Source: Fidelibacterota bacterium
GTDB lineage: Bacteria > Fidelibacterota > Marinisomatia > SCGC-AAA003-L08 > TS1B11
DNA: 64,000 nucleotides
Assembly (NCBI GenBank): GCA_020354025.1
Contig: CP070638.1
Coordinates: 1,130,250 to 1,194,249 of the forward strand
Reading direction: 5' to 3'
How positions within the stretch are numbered: the first letter of the stretch is position 1; the number at the start of each line of letters is the position of its first letter. The notes beneath the pieces are model-generated. The model saw nothing but the letters and a program-made list of their open reading frames with translations. It was not told the DNA's origin and ran no database searches. The translations under genes were made by a program, and so were the position numbers. Positions 39,936 to 46,319 of this stretch are shown piece after piece.

Positions 39936-40850
39936 CTAATCCCCCGTCCACTTGATATCAATGCTGCCCAGTCCCACGGAAGCAGTAATCTGCAGGGTGG
40001 GTCGACCGGGTACGTAGTCCTCGCTGCGATATTGGCCGCGGCCTTTCATCACCATATCCCGGGTATCGATAGTTGAAAGGAAATTTTCCTCGGCCTCCAT
40101 TTCTACATTATATCCCCGGGGAATCCACATGGTCACGTTGCCCAGGCCGACGTTCACGTCCACCAACATATCCTGCAGGACCTCGCCGCTGAAGTCGAGC
40201 TCGGCCGAGCCCAGGCCGCAGTCGAATTTGAGACGGTCGGTCCGAGCGTTTGAGAGGTTACGGGCAATCAGCTCTCCCAGGCCATTGTCAACCGAGATCC
40301 GACGCAGTATAACACCGTTGGGAGTGGAGAAATCGAGAGTGGTTTCACCTAGGCCGTTATCCAAATTCAGATCCATCACTTTAAGGTCCCCCAGATCCAA
40401 GTCAGCCTCCCCCAGGCCGCAGGAAAAATCCACCTCGAGAGGAATCCGGGTAGTGAAATATAGTTCGCTTTCGGGCGATTCCATGTCACGCATCCTCAGA
40501 CCTTCCCAGCCTCCGCGGCGCCTGCTCTCGGTGCTAAGCCGAAACCGCGCCAGACCCCCTCTGACCTCGTACTCGACTTTGGGATGGAGATAGTCCTCGT
40601 CGTACTGGATATAGCCGGTAACGGCCTTGGACGGATTACCACGTTCAACGCTGATTTCCCCGAAGCCGAACTCCACTTCAATCTCCATCCGTTCGACTTT
40701 GTCTGTCAGGGCTTCATCGATGGTCAGGATGGTGCGTTCGTCTTCAGGGAATCCCGGTCCATACCTGCCGGTGCCAGAGCTGCCGCCAGTTCCGGCCAGG
40801 ACCACTGACAAGCCAAAGAGGAGTTGTGAGAACCATAGTAGGCGATTCAT
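39936..40850 (-). CDS. Secreted repeat protein with GLG(E/S)xxLD repeats (LiaF/DUF2154 toastrack-like)
   Basis: Signal peptide; repeated CGLGEADLDLG / NGLGETTLDF / NGLGELIARN / CGLGSAELDF / VGLGNVTMWI / VGLGSIDIKW at ~20-aa spacing. Last gene of the ECF operon. Confidence 0.5.
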   Translation of the reverse strand: MNRLLWFSQLLFGLSVVLAGTGGSSGTGRYGPGFPEDERTILTIDEALTDKVERMEIEVEFGFGEISVERGNPSKAVTGYIQYDEDYLHPKVEYEVRGGLARFRLSTESRRRGGWEGLRMRDMESPESELYFTTRIPLEVDFSCGLGEADLDLGDLKVMDLNLDNGLGETTLDFSTPNGVILRRISVDNGLGELIARNLSNARTDRLKFDCGLGSAELDFSGEVLQDMLVDVNVGLGNVTMWIPRGYNVEMEAEENFLSTIDTRDMVMKGRGQYRSEDYVPGRPTLQITASVGLGSIDIKWTGD

Positions 40851-40859
40851 GATTGTTCC

Positions 40860-42446
40860 TTAAAATTCAAGAATCCTTAGGTAAAAGACCCAATCATCCT
40901 TGCCTGCATCGAGTGGTCTGAAGAGTTCTATCCGGGCGTCTTCGTCGCCCATGCTGATCCCTATCGCGTGGTTGCCATTCTTCTGCAGGTCGTTGAAGTA
41001 GTTGCCGGCAAAGAGCCGATCCTGACTGTCCCAATTAAGACCGAAATGCCAGTGGAGGCTGAACATATCCTTTTCTCTGCGCTTCAGCAGGGAGAAGGTG
41101 GCGTTGATCACGGCGTAATGATTACCGGTATCGTAGGCACCATCTCCGTTGAGATCTTTATAGTTATAGCCCTGGACCGAGCCGATGCCGCCTATGGGAA
41201 CCCTATGCTGCAAGCCAATGGCATCGCCTTGGACAGTGCCGGTGCGGGCGTTGAGCCTGATACCCAGCCGGCGGTGGAAGGGGACAAATGCCTCTAGGAC
41301 TATGTCTTCCCGTTTATAATCAAAAGCGCTGCCGGACATGGTTTGGGTATAGGCATAGGACAGGTTGCCCTGGATACGTCGCGGGAAGTAGCCAACAGGC
41401 CGGCCGAGGGTCACCAGGTACTGCAGGTTGACGTCTTTCCCCTCGGTGATACTATAGGCGTCGTTGAATTTCAAATCCTTATAGAATAGGCTCCATTCGG
41501 TGACTTTTTCCATAGTCCGGTGCTTCTCATCTCGGTAGCGGACTTTGAACTCCATGAGGGGAGGCAAGCCCAACACAAAGGAACCTCCATAGCCTTCGGC
41601 TTCATAAAAATCATACCAGTCCCGGTGGATTAGGAAGGCCCCCAGTGAGTTCTCTCTAGGCGTAACCCGCCAGCCATCGTCATTGCGGGACTCTTTGTGA
41701 CCCTCTACCAGAAAACCGATCCGCCCCCGCCAGAAGTATTCGCCGATACCCAGACGACCATACCATTCGCGAGCGCCAAATGCACGGCCGAAGAAACCAT
41801 AGATATTGAACCCGGGAATATCGTCGGTGTCCGGGTGAAATGGGATATAGAGTGCCAGTCCTTCGGCCCGGTTGTACCTGAAGCTTACGCGGTTGAAGAC
41901 CTCGAAGTCGGGCCGTGTGCGTCTCCGGGCGTAGGGCTGCCAGATAGATCTTTCGTCATCTACATCTCTGGTCACCCACTCGTCTTCTTCGGTCTCCTCG
42001 TCACGCCAGTCGAGGCGTTCATCCTTATCCTCATCGTAACCGAAGATTTCCCGGGCCTCTTCCCGGGCAAGGCTGACTTTGCCCCGATTCACCTCCAGCA
42101 CATCGCCGGTGACCTGGGCCTCCTCGCTGCGACTGATCTTGCCGCCGAGGGCTACGATAGCACCTTCCACCTGAGCCGTGGGCAGAAGTTCCACGTCGCC
42201 ACCCAGAACGGTAATACGGCCAGTGACCCGACCGGCCACGGTGAGGTTGCCGCCGATGACCCGAATATTGCCGGAACGTACTTCCCCTTCCGGAATAACC
42301 AGGTCGTTGAAAATTTTTAACTCGCCGGAAAGACTTTCTCTGGTTTCGTCCGGCTGGTCACCTTCGATCGGTTCCTGGGCCATAGCTGGCAGCCAGGTTA
42401 GCAGGAGGAGGACCAGTACTCCGGTGGGTGAGAATAGGACTCGCAT
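40860..42446 (-). CDS. Secreted protein: N-terminal bactofilin-like beta-helix repeats, acidic linker, C-terminal Omp85-like beta-barrel
   Basis: Signal peptide MRVLFSPTGVLVLLLLTWLPAMA. The segment GNIRVIGGNLTVAGRVTGRITVLGGDVELLPTAQVEGAIVALGGKI resembles polymer-forming (bactofilin/DUF583) repeats. Acidic linker DEDKDERLDWRDEETEEDEW. C-terminal half: IGGIGSVQGY resembles the Omp85 L6 (V/L)RG(F/Y) region. The protein ends ...YLRILEF. Confidence 0.5.
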   Translation of the reverse strand: MRVLFSPTGVLVLLLLTWLPAMAQEPIEGDQPDETRESLSGELKIFNDLVIPEGEVRSGNIRVIGGNLTVAGRVTGRITVLGGDVELLPTAQVEGAIVALGGKISRSEEAQVTGDVLEVNRGKVSLAREEAREIFGYDEDKDERLDWRDEETEEDEWVTRDVDDERSIWQPYARRRTRPDFEVFNRVSFRYNRAEGLALYIPFHPDTDDIPGFNIYGFFGRAFGAREWYGRLGIGEYFWRGRIGFLVEGHKESRNDDGWRVTPRENSLGAFLIHRDWYDFYEAEGYGGSFVLGLPPLMEFKVRYRDEKHRTMEKVTEWSLFYKDLKFNDAYSITEGKDVNLQYLVTLGRPVGYFPRRIQGNLSYAYTQTMSGSAFDYKREDIVLEAFVPFHRRLGIRLNARTGTVQGDAIGLQHRVPIGGIGSVQGYNYKDLNGDGAYDTGNHYAVINATFSLLKRREKDMFSLHWHFGLNWDSQDRLFAGNYFNDLQKNGNHAIGISMGDEDARIELFRPLDAGKDDWVFYLRILEF

Positions 42447-42449
42447 GGT

Positions 42450-43697
42450 TTACTGTTCTCCTTTCATAATCTTGATTTCACCTGTCGTGGTTTCAATAAC
42501 GATGCTGTGGAATGGTCTGTCGGTGGAATAGGTTGCCAGCGTATTGCCGTTGTCCTTCTTATAGGTGAAGTCTACATTACCGCTAATGCGATCCACGGCA
42601 TAACGGGGCGAATACCCGAAAACTTTGGCGGTAATGTCAACCGGCCTTTTGGAGTAGTAGTTCACGTACACGTCCCCGGTTGACGTGGTGAGAGTGGATT
42701 CTTCCTTTCCAGGTTCCTCCAGAACCATCTCATAAATCTCAATGTCCCCGCTACCGGACTTGGCTCTTACCGCTCCAGTAATCCGACGGATATCGATATC
42801 ACCGGAGGCGCTGAAAAGGATTGCGTCTCCGTGAATACGTTCCAGTGAGAGATTCCCACCGCTGCTGGCCGCTTCAACACCCCCTGTGAGGTTTTCAGCA
42901 GAGATGTCTCCACCACCGGTCATGAGGTTAGCCTGTGCGGAAACATCTGCGATATCAATGTCTCCACCACCGGTACGCGCTTCTACGCTGGTGCCCTCCA
43001 GGCTCCTGAGATCAATATCCCCACCACCGGTGTTGATCGTGAAGTTGCCCTTACTTGTCCAGAAATCAATGTCCCCAGCACCGGTGGATGCGCTGATCCT
43101 TCCCTCCACGGTGCGACCTTCGATATCCCCGCCACCTGTGAATAGATCCACTTGGCCTTCCACCTTGAACACGTCGATATCTCCGCCTCCGGTATGGGCC
43201 TTAACCCTACCTGCCGAGTTGGACAAGGCAATGTCACCACCACCCGTCTTGGTCTCCAGGTCGCCCTGGAGGTCCGACATGTCCACATTCCCGCCGTAGG
43301 AGTGGATGATCACGTTGAAAGTTTTGGGCACCCGTGTCTTGTAGTGGAATGAAACATTGCGGTTACTCACCTTACCCACTTTGAAGATGTAGGCCTCACC
43401 ACTGGCTGATGGGGGGCTCAACTCACCCTGTATCCGCTCAATGATTTCTTGGGCCTCGTCCTTATGTTTAGTTTTAACGGTGATCTTCTCTTCGATCACA
43501 ATCCGTTGGACATCGGTACCCATGAGGACTATATCCCCTCGGAGTGCTTTCATATGCAACGTAGCCTTGGGTTCCACGTCCAGGCGATGAACTATTACAC
43601 CCTGATACTTGCCTTGATAATCCCGTAGTTCGGGTAGTGACTGCCCGGTTAGGGGAATACAGATAATGAGCGCCGTTATAATGGATCTTACTATCAT
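42450..43697 (-). CDS. Signal-anchored protein with ~9 tandem GGGDI repeats (DUF4097/toastrack-like)
   Basis: N-terminal hydrophobic anchor. Repeats TGGGDIALS / TGGGDIDVF / TGGGDIEGR / TGAGDIDFW / TGGGDIDLR / TGGGDIDIA / TGGGDISAE / SSGGNLSLE / ASGDIDIRR at ~18-20 aa periodicity. ATGA overlap with the upstream gene. Confidence 0.6.
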   Translation of the reverse strand: MIVRSIITALIICIPLTGQSLPELRDYQGKYQGVIVHRLDVEPKATLHMKALRGDIVLMGTDVQRIVIEEKITVKTKHKDEAQEIIERIQGELSPPSASGEAYIFKVGKVSNRNVSFHYKTRVPKTFNVIIHSYGGNVDMSDLQGDLETKTGGGDIALSNSAGRVKAHTGGGDIDVFKVEGQVDLFTGGGDIEGRTVEGRISASTGAGDIDFWTSKGNFTINTGGGDIDLRSLEGTSVEARTGGGDIDIADVSAQANLMTGGGDISAENLTGGVEAASSGGNLSLERIHGDAILFSASGDIDIRRITGAVRAKSGSGDIEIYEMVLEEPGKEESTLTTSTGDVYVNYYSKRPVDITAKVFGYSPRYAVDRISGNVDFTYKKDNGNTLATYSTDRPFHSIVIETTTGEIKIMKGEQ

Positions 43698-44611
43698 AGT
43701 TGCGAATCTAGACGTTCTTCTTCTTGAGATTCGGGCGCCTGTGAAAGAACCTGATAGGCCTGGTAGCGCACGCTTTCCATGGGGTCCATGCGGGAGACCA
43801 GCAGTAGAGCCGACCGGACCGACAGATCGTCCAGAAAATAAGCCAGGTTTTCCACCGCGGCCAGTCGCACTCCCTCGTTGTCGTCCTCCATGACTGTTTT
43901 GACGAGCGCGTCCTTAACAAGCGGTGACTGCACTCCGTGCAGACTCTTGAGTATGGATAGTCGGACGCCTGGATTTTCGTCTGTCAGCAGGGCTGAGATG
44001 AGAGCCATCATGGTGGATTCCTTCTCCGGCAAACCCGGCGTACCTCCCAGAATGCGTGCTGATTGCAGGCGTTGCCCCGGATTGGGATCCTTTACTAGTA
44101 CATATTCTAGGGCTGCCAGTATATCCTCGCGGTCTGCGGATCCGGTGAGTTTCATCTCTTGACCCATGGTGAGGTTGAGCTCCACTGGAGTATCCGGATC
44201 ATCCAGGAGGTTCACATCGATATCTTCTAGCTGTCCGGACCGAATAAGCTCCGCTAGATCGGTCTGGGAGATCTGGCTCACCTGTTGGGCGGCGGTGGGG
44301 AAAGCCGAAGTGACGGGACGGGTGATAATAAACCTGCCCACCAGGATACCCAGGATCAGAGCAGTGCTCCAGACCAGGATCGGCCTGGCTGGCATCCACA
44401 GGTAGGGGAGTTCCTCCCACCACAGCTGGAGCCGCTCCCACAAGCGCGACAGCAGGCCGGCCTCTTCTGTTACCGCGATGGCGCCCTTGAGTCTTACTCG
44501 TTGGTCAAGCAGCCACTCATCGCTTACACGATAGACAGGTTCGATCCCGGCGAAGATTTCCCTGATCTGCTCGTCAGATAGGCTGGGTGTTCGTTGAACT
44601 TTTCTAGGCAT
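43694..44611 (-). CDS. Putative anti-sigma factor: single-pass membrane protein with extracytoplasmic HEAT-like repeats
   Basis: Overlaps the ECF sigma stop by 8 nt. Central TM helix PILVWSTALILGILVGRFII. C-terminal repeats DENPGVRLSILKSL / DDNEGVRLAAVENL / DPMESVRYQAYQVL. No HxxxCxxC zinc motif. The role is inferred from position and topology. Confidence 0.45.
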   Translation of the reverse strand: MPRKVQRTPSLSDEQIREIFAGIEPVYRVSDEWLLDQRVRLKGAIAVTEEAGLLSRLWERLQLWWEELPYLWMPARPILVWSTALILGILVGRFIITRPVTSAFPTAAQQVSQISQTDLAELIRSGQLEDIDVNLLDDPDTPVELNLTMGQEMKLTGSADREDILAALEYVLVKDPNPGQRLQSARILGGTPGLPEKESTMMALISALLTDENPGVRLSILKSLHGVQSPLVKDALVKTVMEDDNEGVRLAAVENLAYFLDDLSVRSALLLVSRMDPMESVRYQAYQVLSQAPESQEEERLDSQL

Positions 44612-45140
44612 AAGCTGCCAGGTCCTTCCTCAGTTTAAGGGTTGCCCGGTGTAGGTACCGCTTGATGGTACCGGTGGTGCAACCCAGGAGTATGGCAATG
44701 TCCTTGATTTTATGCCCCTGGTAATAGCGCATGACAAAAACAGTCCGCTGTTTCGGGGGCAAGGCCTCAACGGCTTCAATGATGTTCTGTTGCTGTTCGG
44801 TACGCTCCCGATTCTCATCGTTGTAGGAGTCGTGATAGCCCTCTTCCAGGGAGACGTTTTCCAGGTGATAACGCTGCCGGCTGCTGCGGTAGCTGAAACA
44901 GGTATTGGCCGTAATGCGATAAAGCCAGGTGTAGAACTCGCTCTTAAACTCGAAGGAGGGGAGATTCTTCCAGGCTTTAATGAAAACTTCTTGGTAAATA
45001 TCTTCTGCATCTTCCTTGTTCTTCAAAAGTTGCATCGCCACGGCCATGATTCTCGCATCGTACATGGCCACCAGTTCGTGGAACGCTCGCTGATCGCCTC
45101 CTTGGGCTGATCTGATTAATGCGACGGTCTTTTCGTCCAC
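44604..45140 (-). CDS. ECF (group IV) RNA polymerase sigma-70 factor
   Basis: 178 aa. Region 2 (EDIYQEVFIKAWKNL..., FYTWLYRITANT) and region 4 (LPPKQRTVFVMRYYQGHKIKDIAILLGCTTGTIKRYLHRA). GTG start at 45140. Confidence 0.9.
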   Translation of the reverse strand: MDEKTVALIRSAQGGDQRAFHELVAMYDARIMAVAMQLLKNKEDAEDIYQEVFIKAWKNLPSFEFKSEFYTWLYRITANTCFSYRSSRQRYHLENVSLEEGYHDSYNDENRERTEQQQNIIEAVEALPPKQRTVFVMRYYQGHKIKDIAILLGCTTGTIKRYLHRATLKLRKDLAAYA

Positions 45141-45258
45141 GTCCCGCCTTTCACACCTGCTTAGACCCTCTTGACGAGGATTTGGTTGTCATCAGAATTG
45201 CACCCTTTAGTATTAGTTCTGTTGAAAACAGAATTACCTCCCTGAAGATAGTAAACTG

Positions 45259-45286
45259 AGACGGTGTCTGGGGAGAAAATGTTGCC
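45259..45286 (-). promoter_or_regulatory. Candidate ECF-type promoter (GGCAAC-N17-CGTCT) upstream of the ECF sigma gene
   Basis: The minus strand reads GGCAAC attttctccccagacac CGTCT about 120 nt upstream of the GTG. This AAC/CGT architecture is typical of autoregulated ECF promoters. It is a single occurrence judged by eye. Confidence 0.3.
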
Positions 45287-45297
45287 CGTAAATGTTT

Positions 45298-45454
45298 CTG
45301 GTTTCGAGGTCCTGGTTTCGAGTTTCTAGCCCCGCCAACGGCGGGGTAGTGCAACGTAGCGGAGCCTTCCCCGCCTTCTCTTTCCCCTCTCTCAGGAGAG
45401 AGGGGACGACACGAAGTGAGAGCCTGTCCCGACCTTGCGTCGGGAGGGTGAGTG
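45298..45454. repeat. Cluster of direct repeats and GC-rich hairpins (REP-like module)
   Basis: CTGGTTTCGAG occurs twice (45298-308, 45312-322). Hairpins: CCCCGC/GCGGGG (45330-46), with a third complementary CCCCGCC at 45369-75; CCCCTCTC/GAGAGGGG (45384-91 / 45398-405); TCCCGAC/GTCGGGA (45427-33 / 45439-45). GGGTGAGTG follows. Confidence 0.7.
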
Positions 45455-45702
45455 ATCTTAAAAGCCAGTTCGCCAGCTGCCTCACACCGGTCTTCCTTAG
45501 CAGGGCTAACGGTAGGACAGCGGCTAGTGCGAGTTTTCACTTGCCATATTCAGCTTCATACCCACATTCGGCGCAAAGTCAGTTTCCGATAATCGTATTT
45601 ATCTGAAGAGTTCCCAGGCTCGATGCCGCCTGATTCTTGCCCACTCGCGCCTTCTCACCCTCCACTATCCTTCATCCTTCGAAGCCGTTGTTCCCGTTTG
45701 AG

Positions 45703-45783
45703 CCCTTCGCGCACTTTGCGCCCTTTGCGCCCTTCGCGCCCTTCGCGCCCTTTGCGCCCTTCGCGCCCTTCGCCCCTCTGCGC
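45703..45783. repeat. 9-bp tandem repeat array, about 9 units of CCCTTYGCG
   Basis: Units in register from 45703: CCCTTCGCG, CACTTTGCG, CCCTTTGCG, CCCTTCGCG, CCCTTCGCG, CCCTTTGCG, CCCTTCGCG, CCCTTCGCC, CCTCTGCGC. Confidence 0.9.
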
Positions 45784-45794
45784 CAGCTGAAACA

Positions 45795-45896
45795 GGGTGA
45801 GTTCGCGCACCAGGCGCACCAGGCGCACCAGGCGAACGACAAGTCCTTCCCTTTTCCATATATTCCCGCCATGACCAAAGCGCGGACCAGGATCGC
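45795..45896 (+). repeat. Composite repeat element, copy B: GGGTGAGTTC flank, 9-bp tandem array (GCGCACCAG x3 + GCGAACGAC), AAGTC, conserved downstream boxes
   Basis: GGGTGAGTTC (45795-804). Array units: 45805-13, 45814-22 and 45823-31 GCGCACCAG; 45832-40 GCGAACGAC. Downstream boxes: AAGTC; ATATTCC (45860-66, the same 14-nt spacing after AAGTC as in copy A); GCCATGA (45868-74); GATCGC (45891-96). Confidence 0.8.
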
Positions 45897-46094
45897 CTGC
45901 TACCCCCAGCACGTCCGGGAGGATGCCTTCGCCTACTACTGCGCCGGGCATACCCGGGCGGAGGGGGAGCCGGAACAGGAAACGGCTCAGGAGGCTGCGA
46001 AATGATTTCTGATCGCAGCGCGCTTTTTTTAGCGCCCGCAATATTGGTTCATCGCTCCCCTCGGCAGGCATTGGCCATTTTCTGGCCATTTGCT

Positions 46095-46177
46095 GGGTAT
46101 CCGGTGGGCCTTACCGGGGTATCCGGTAGACCTTACCGGGGTACCCGGTAGACCTTGCCGGGGTTATCGGTGGGTAG
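46095..46177. repeat. 22-bp tandem repeat (3.7 units), each unit containing the palindrome CCGGTA-N5-TACCGG
   Basis: Units: GGGTATCCGGTGGGCCTTACCG (46095-116), GGGTATCCGGTAGACCTTACCG (46117-138), GGGTACCCGGTAGACCTTGCCG (46139-160), GGGTTATCGGTGGGTAG (partial). A perfect palindrome lies at 46123-46139. The array sits 145-225 nt upstream of apbE. Confidence 0.85.
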
Positions 46178-46216
46178 TGAAGGGGTTTCTCCGGGGCGTT
46201 GACGGGGTCGTGGCTG

Positions 46217-46290
46217 GCCTCAAGCTTCAAGTCCCAAGCCCCATGTCTCAAGCCCCAAGCCTCAAGCCCCCAGCCTCCAATTCCCCATTC
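46217..46290. repeat. C/A-rich degenerate short repeats (CAAGCCCC-like)
   Basis: CTCAAGCTTCAAGTCCCAAGCCCCATGTCTCAAGCCCCAAGCCTCAAGCCCCCAGCCTCC, directly upstream of apbE. Confidence 0.7.
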
Positions 46291-46319
46291 CCGGTCCTGG
46301 CGGAGGTATATTCAGACCT

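Noticed and set aside
42886-43299. 137-aa ORF with repeated SPPPV motifs
   Set aside because: It is the mirror-frame image of the GGGDI repeats of the DUF4097-like gene on the opposite strand. The periodicity is inherited, not independent.
45637-46005. 122-aa ORF encoding (FAP)n and (AHQ)3 tripeptide repeats
   Set aside because: The repeats come from 9-bp tandem arrays that lack stop codons, so all frames on both strands stay open (the minus strand gives REGRKG repeats). There is no RBS. The homologous copy at 37955-38073 is not inside any comparable ORF. I treat it as non-coding repeat DNA.
45703-46177. Possibility that the tandem repeats form a CRISPR array
   Set aside because: The units are directly abutting 9-mers and 22-mers with no unique spacers. 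The repeat length is far below CRISPR repeats. There are no cas genes in the window.
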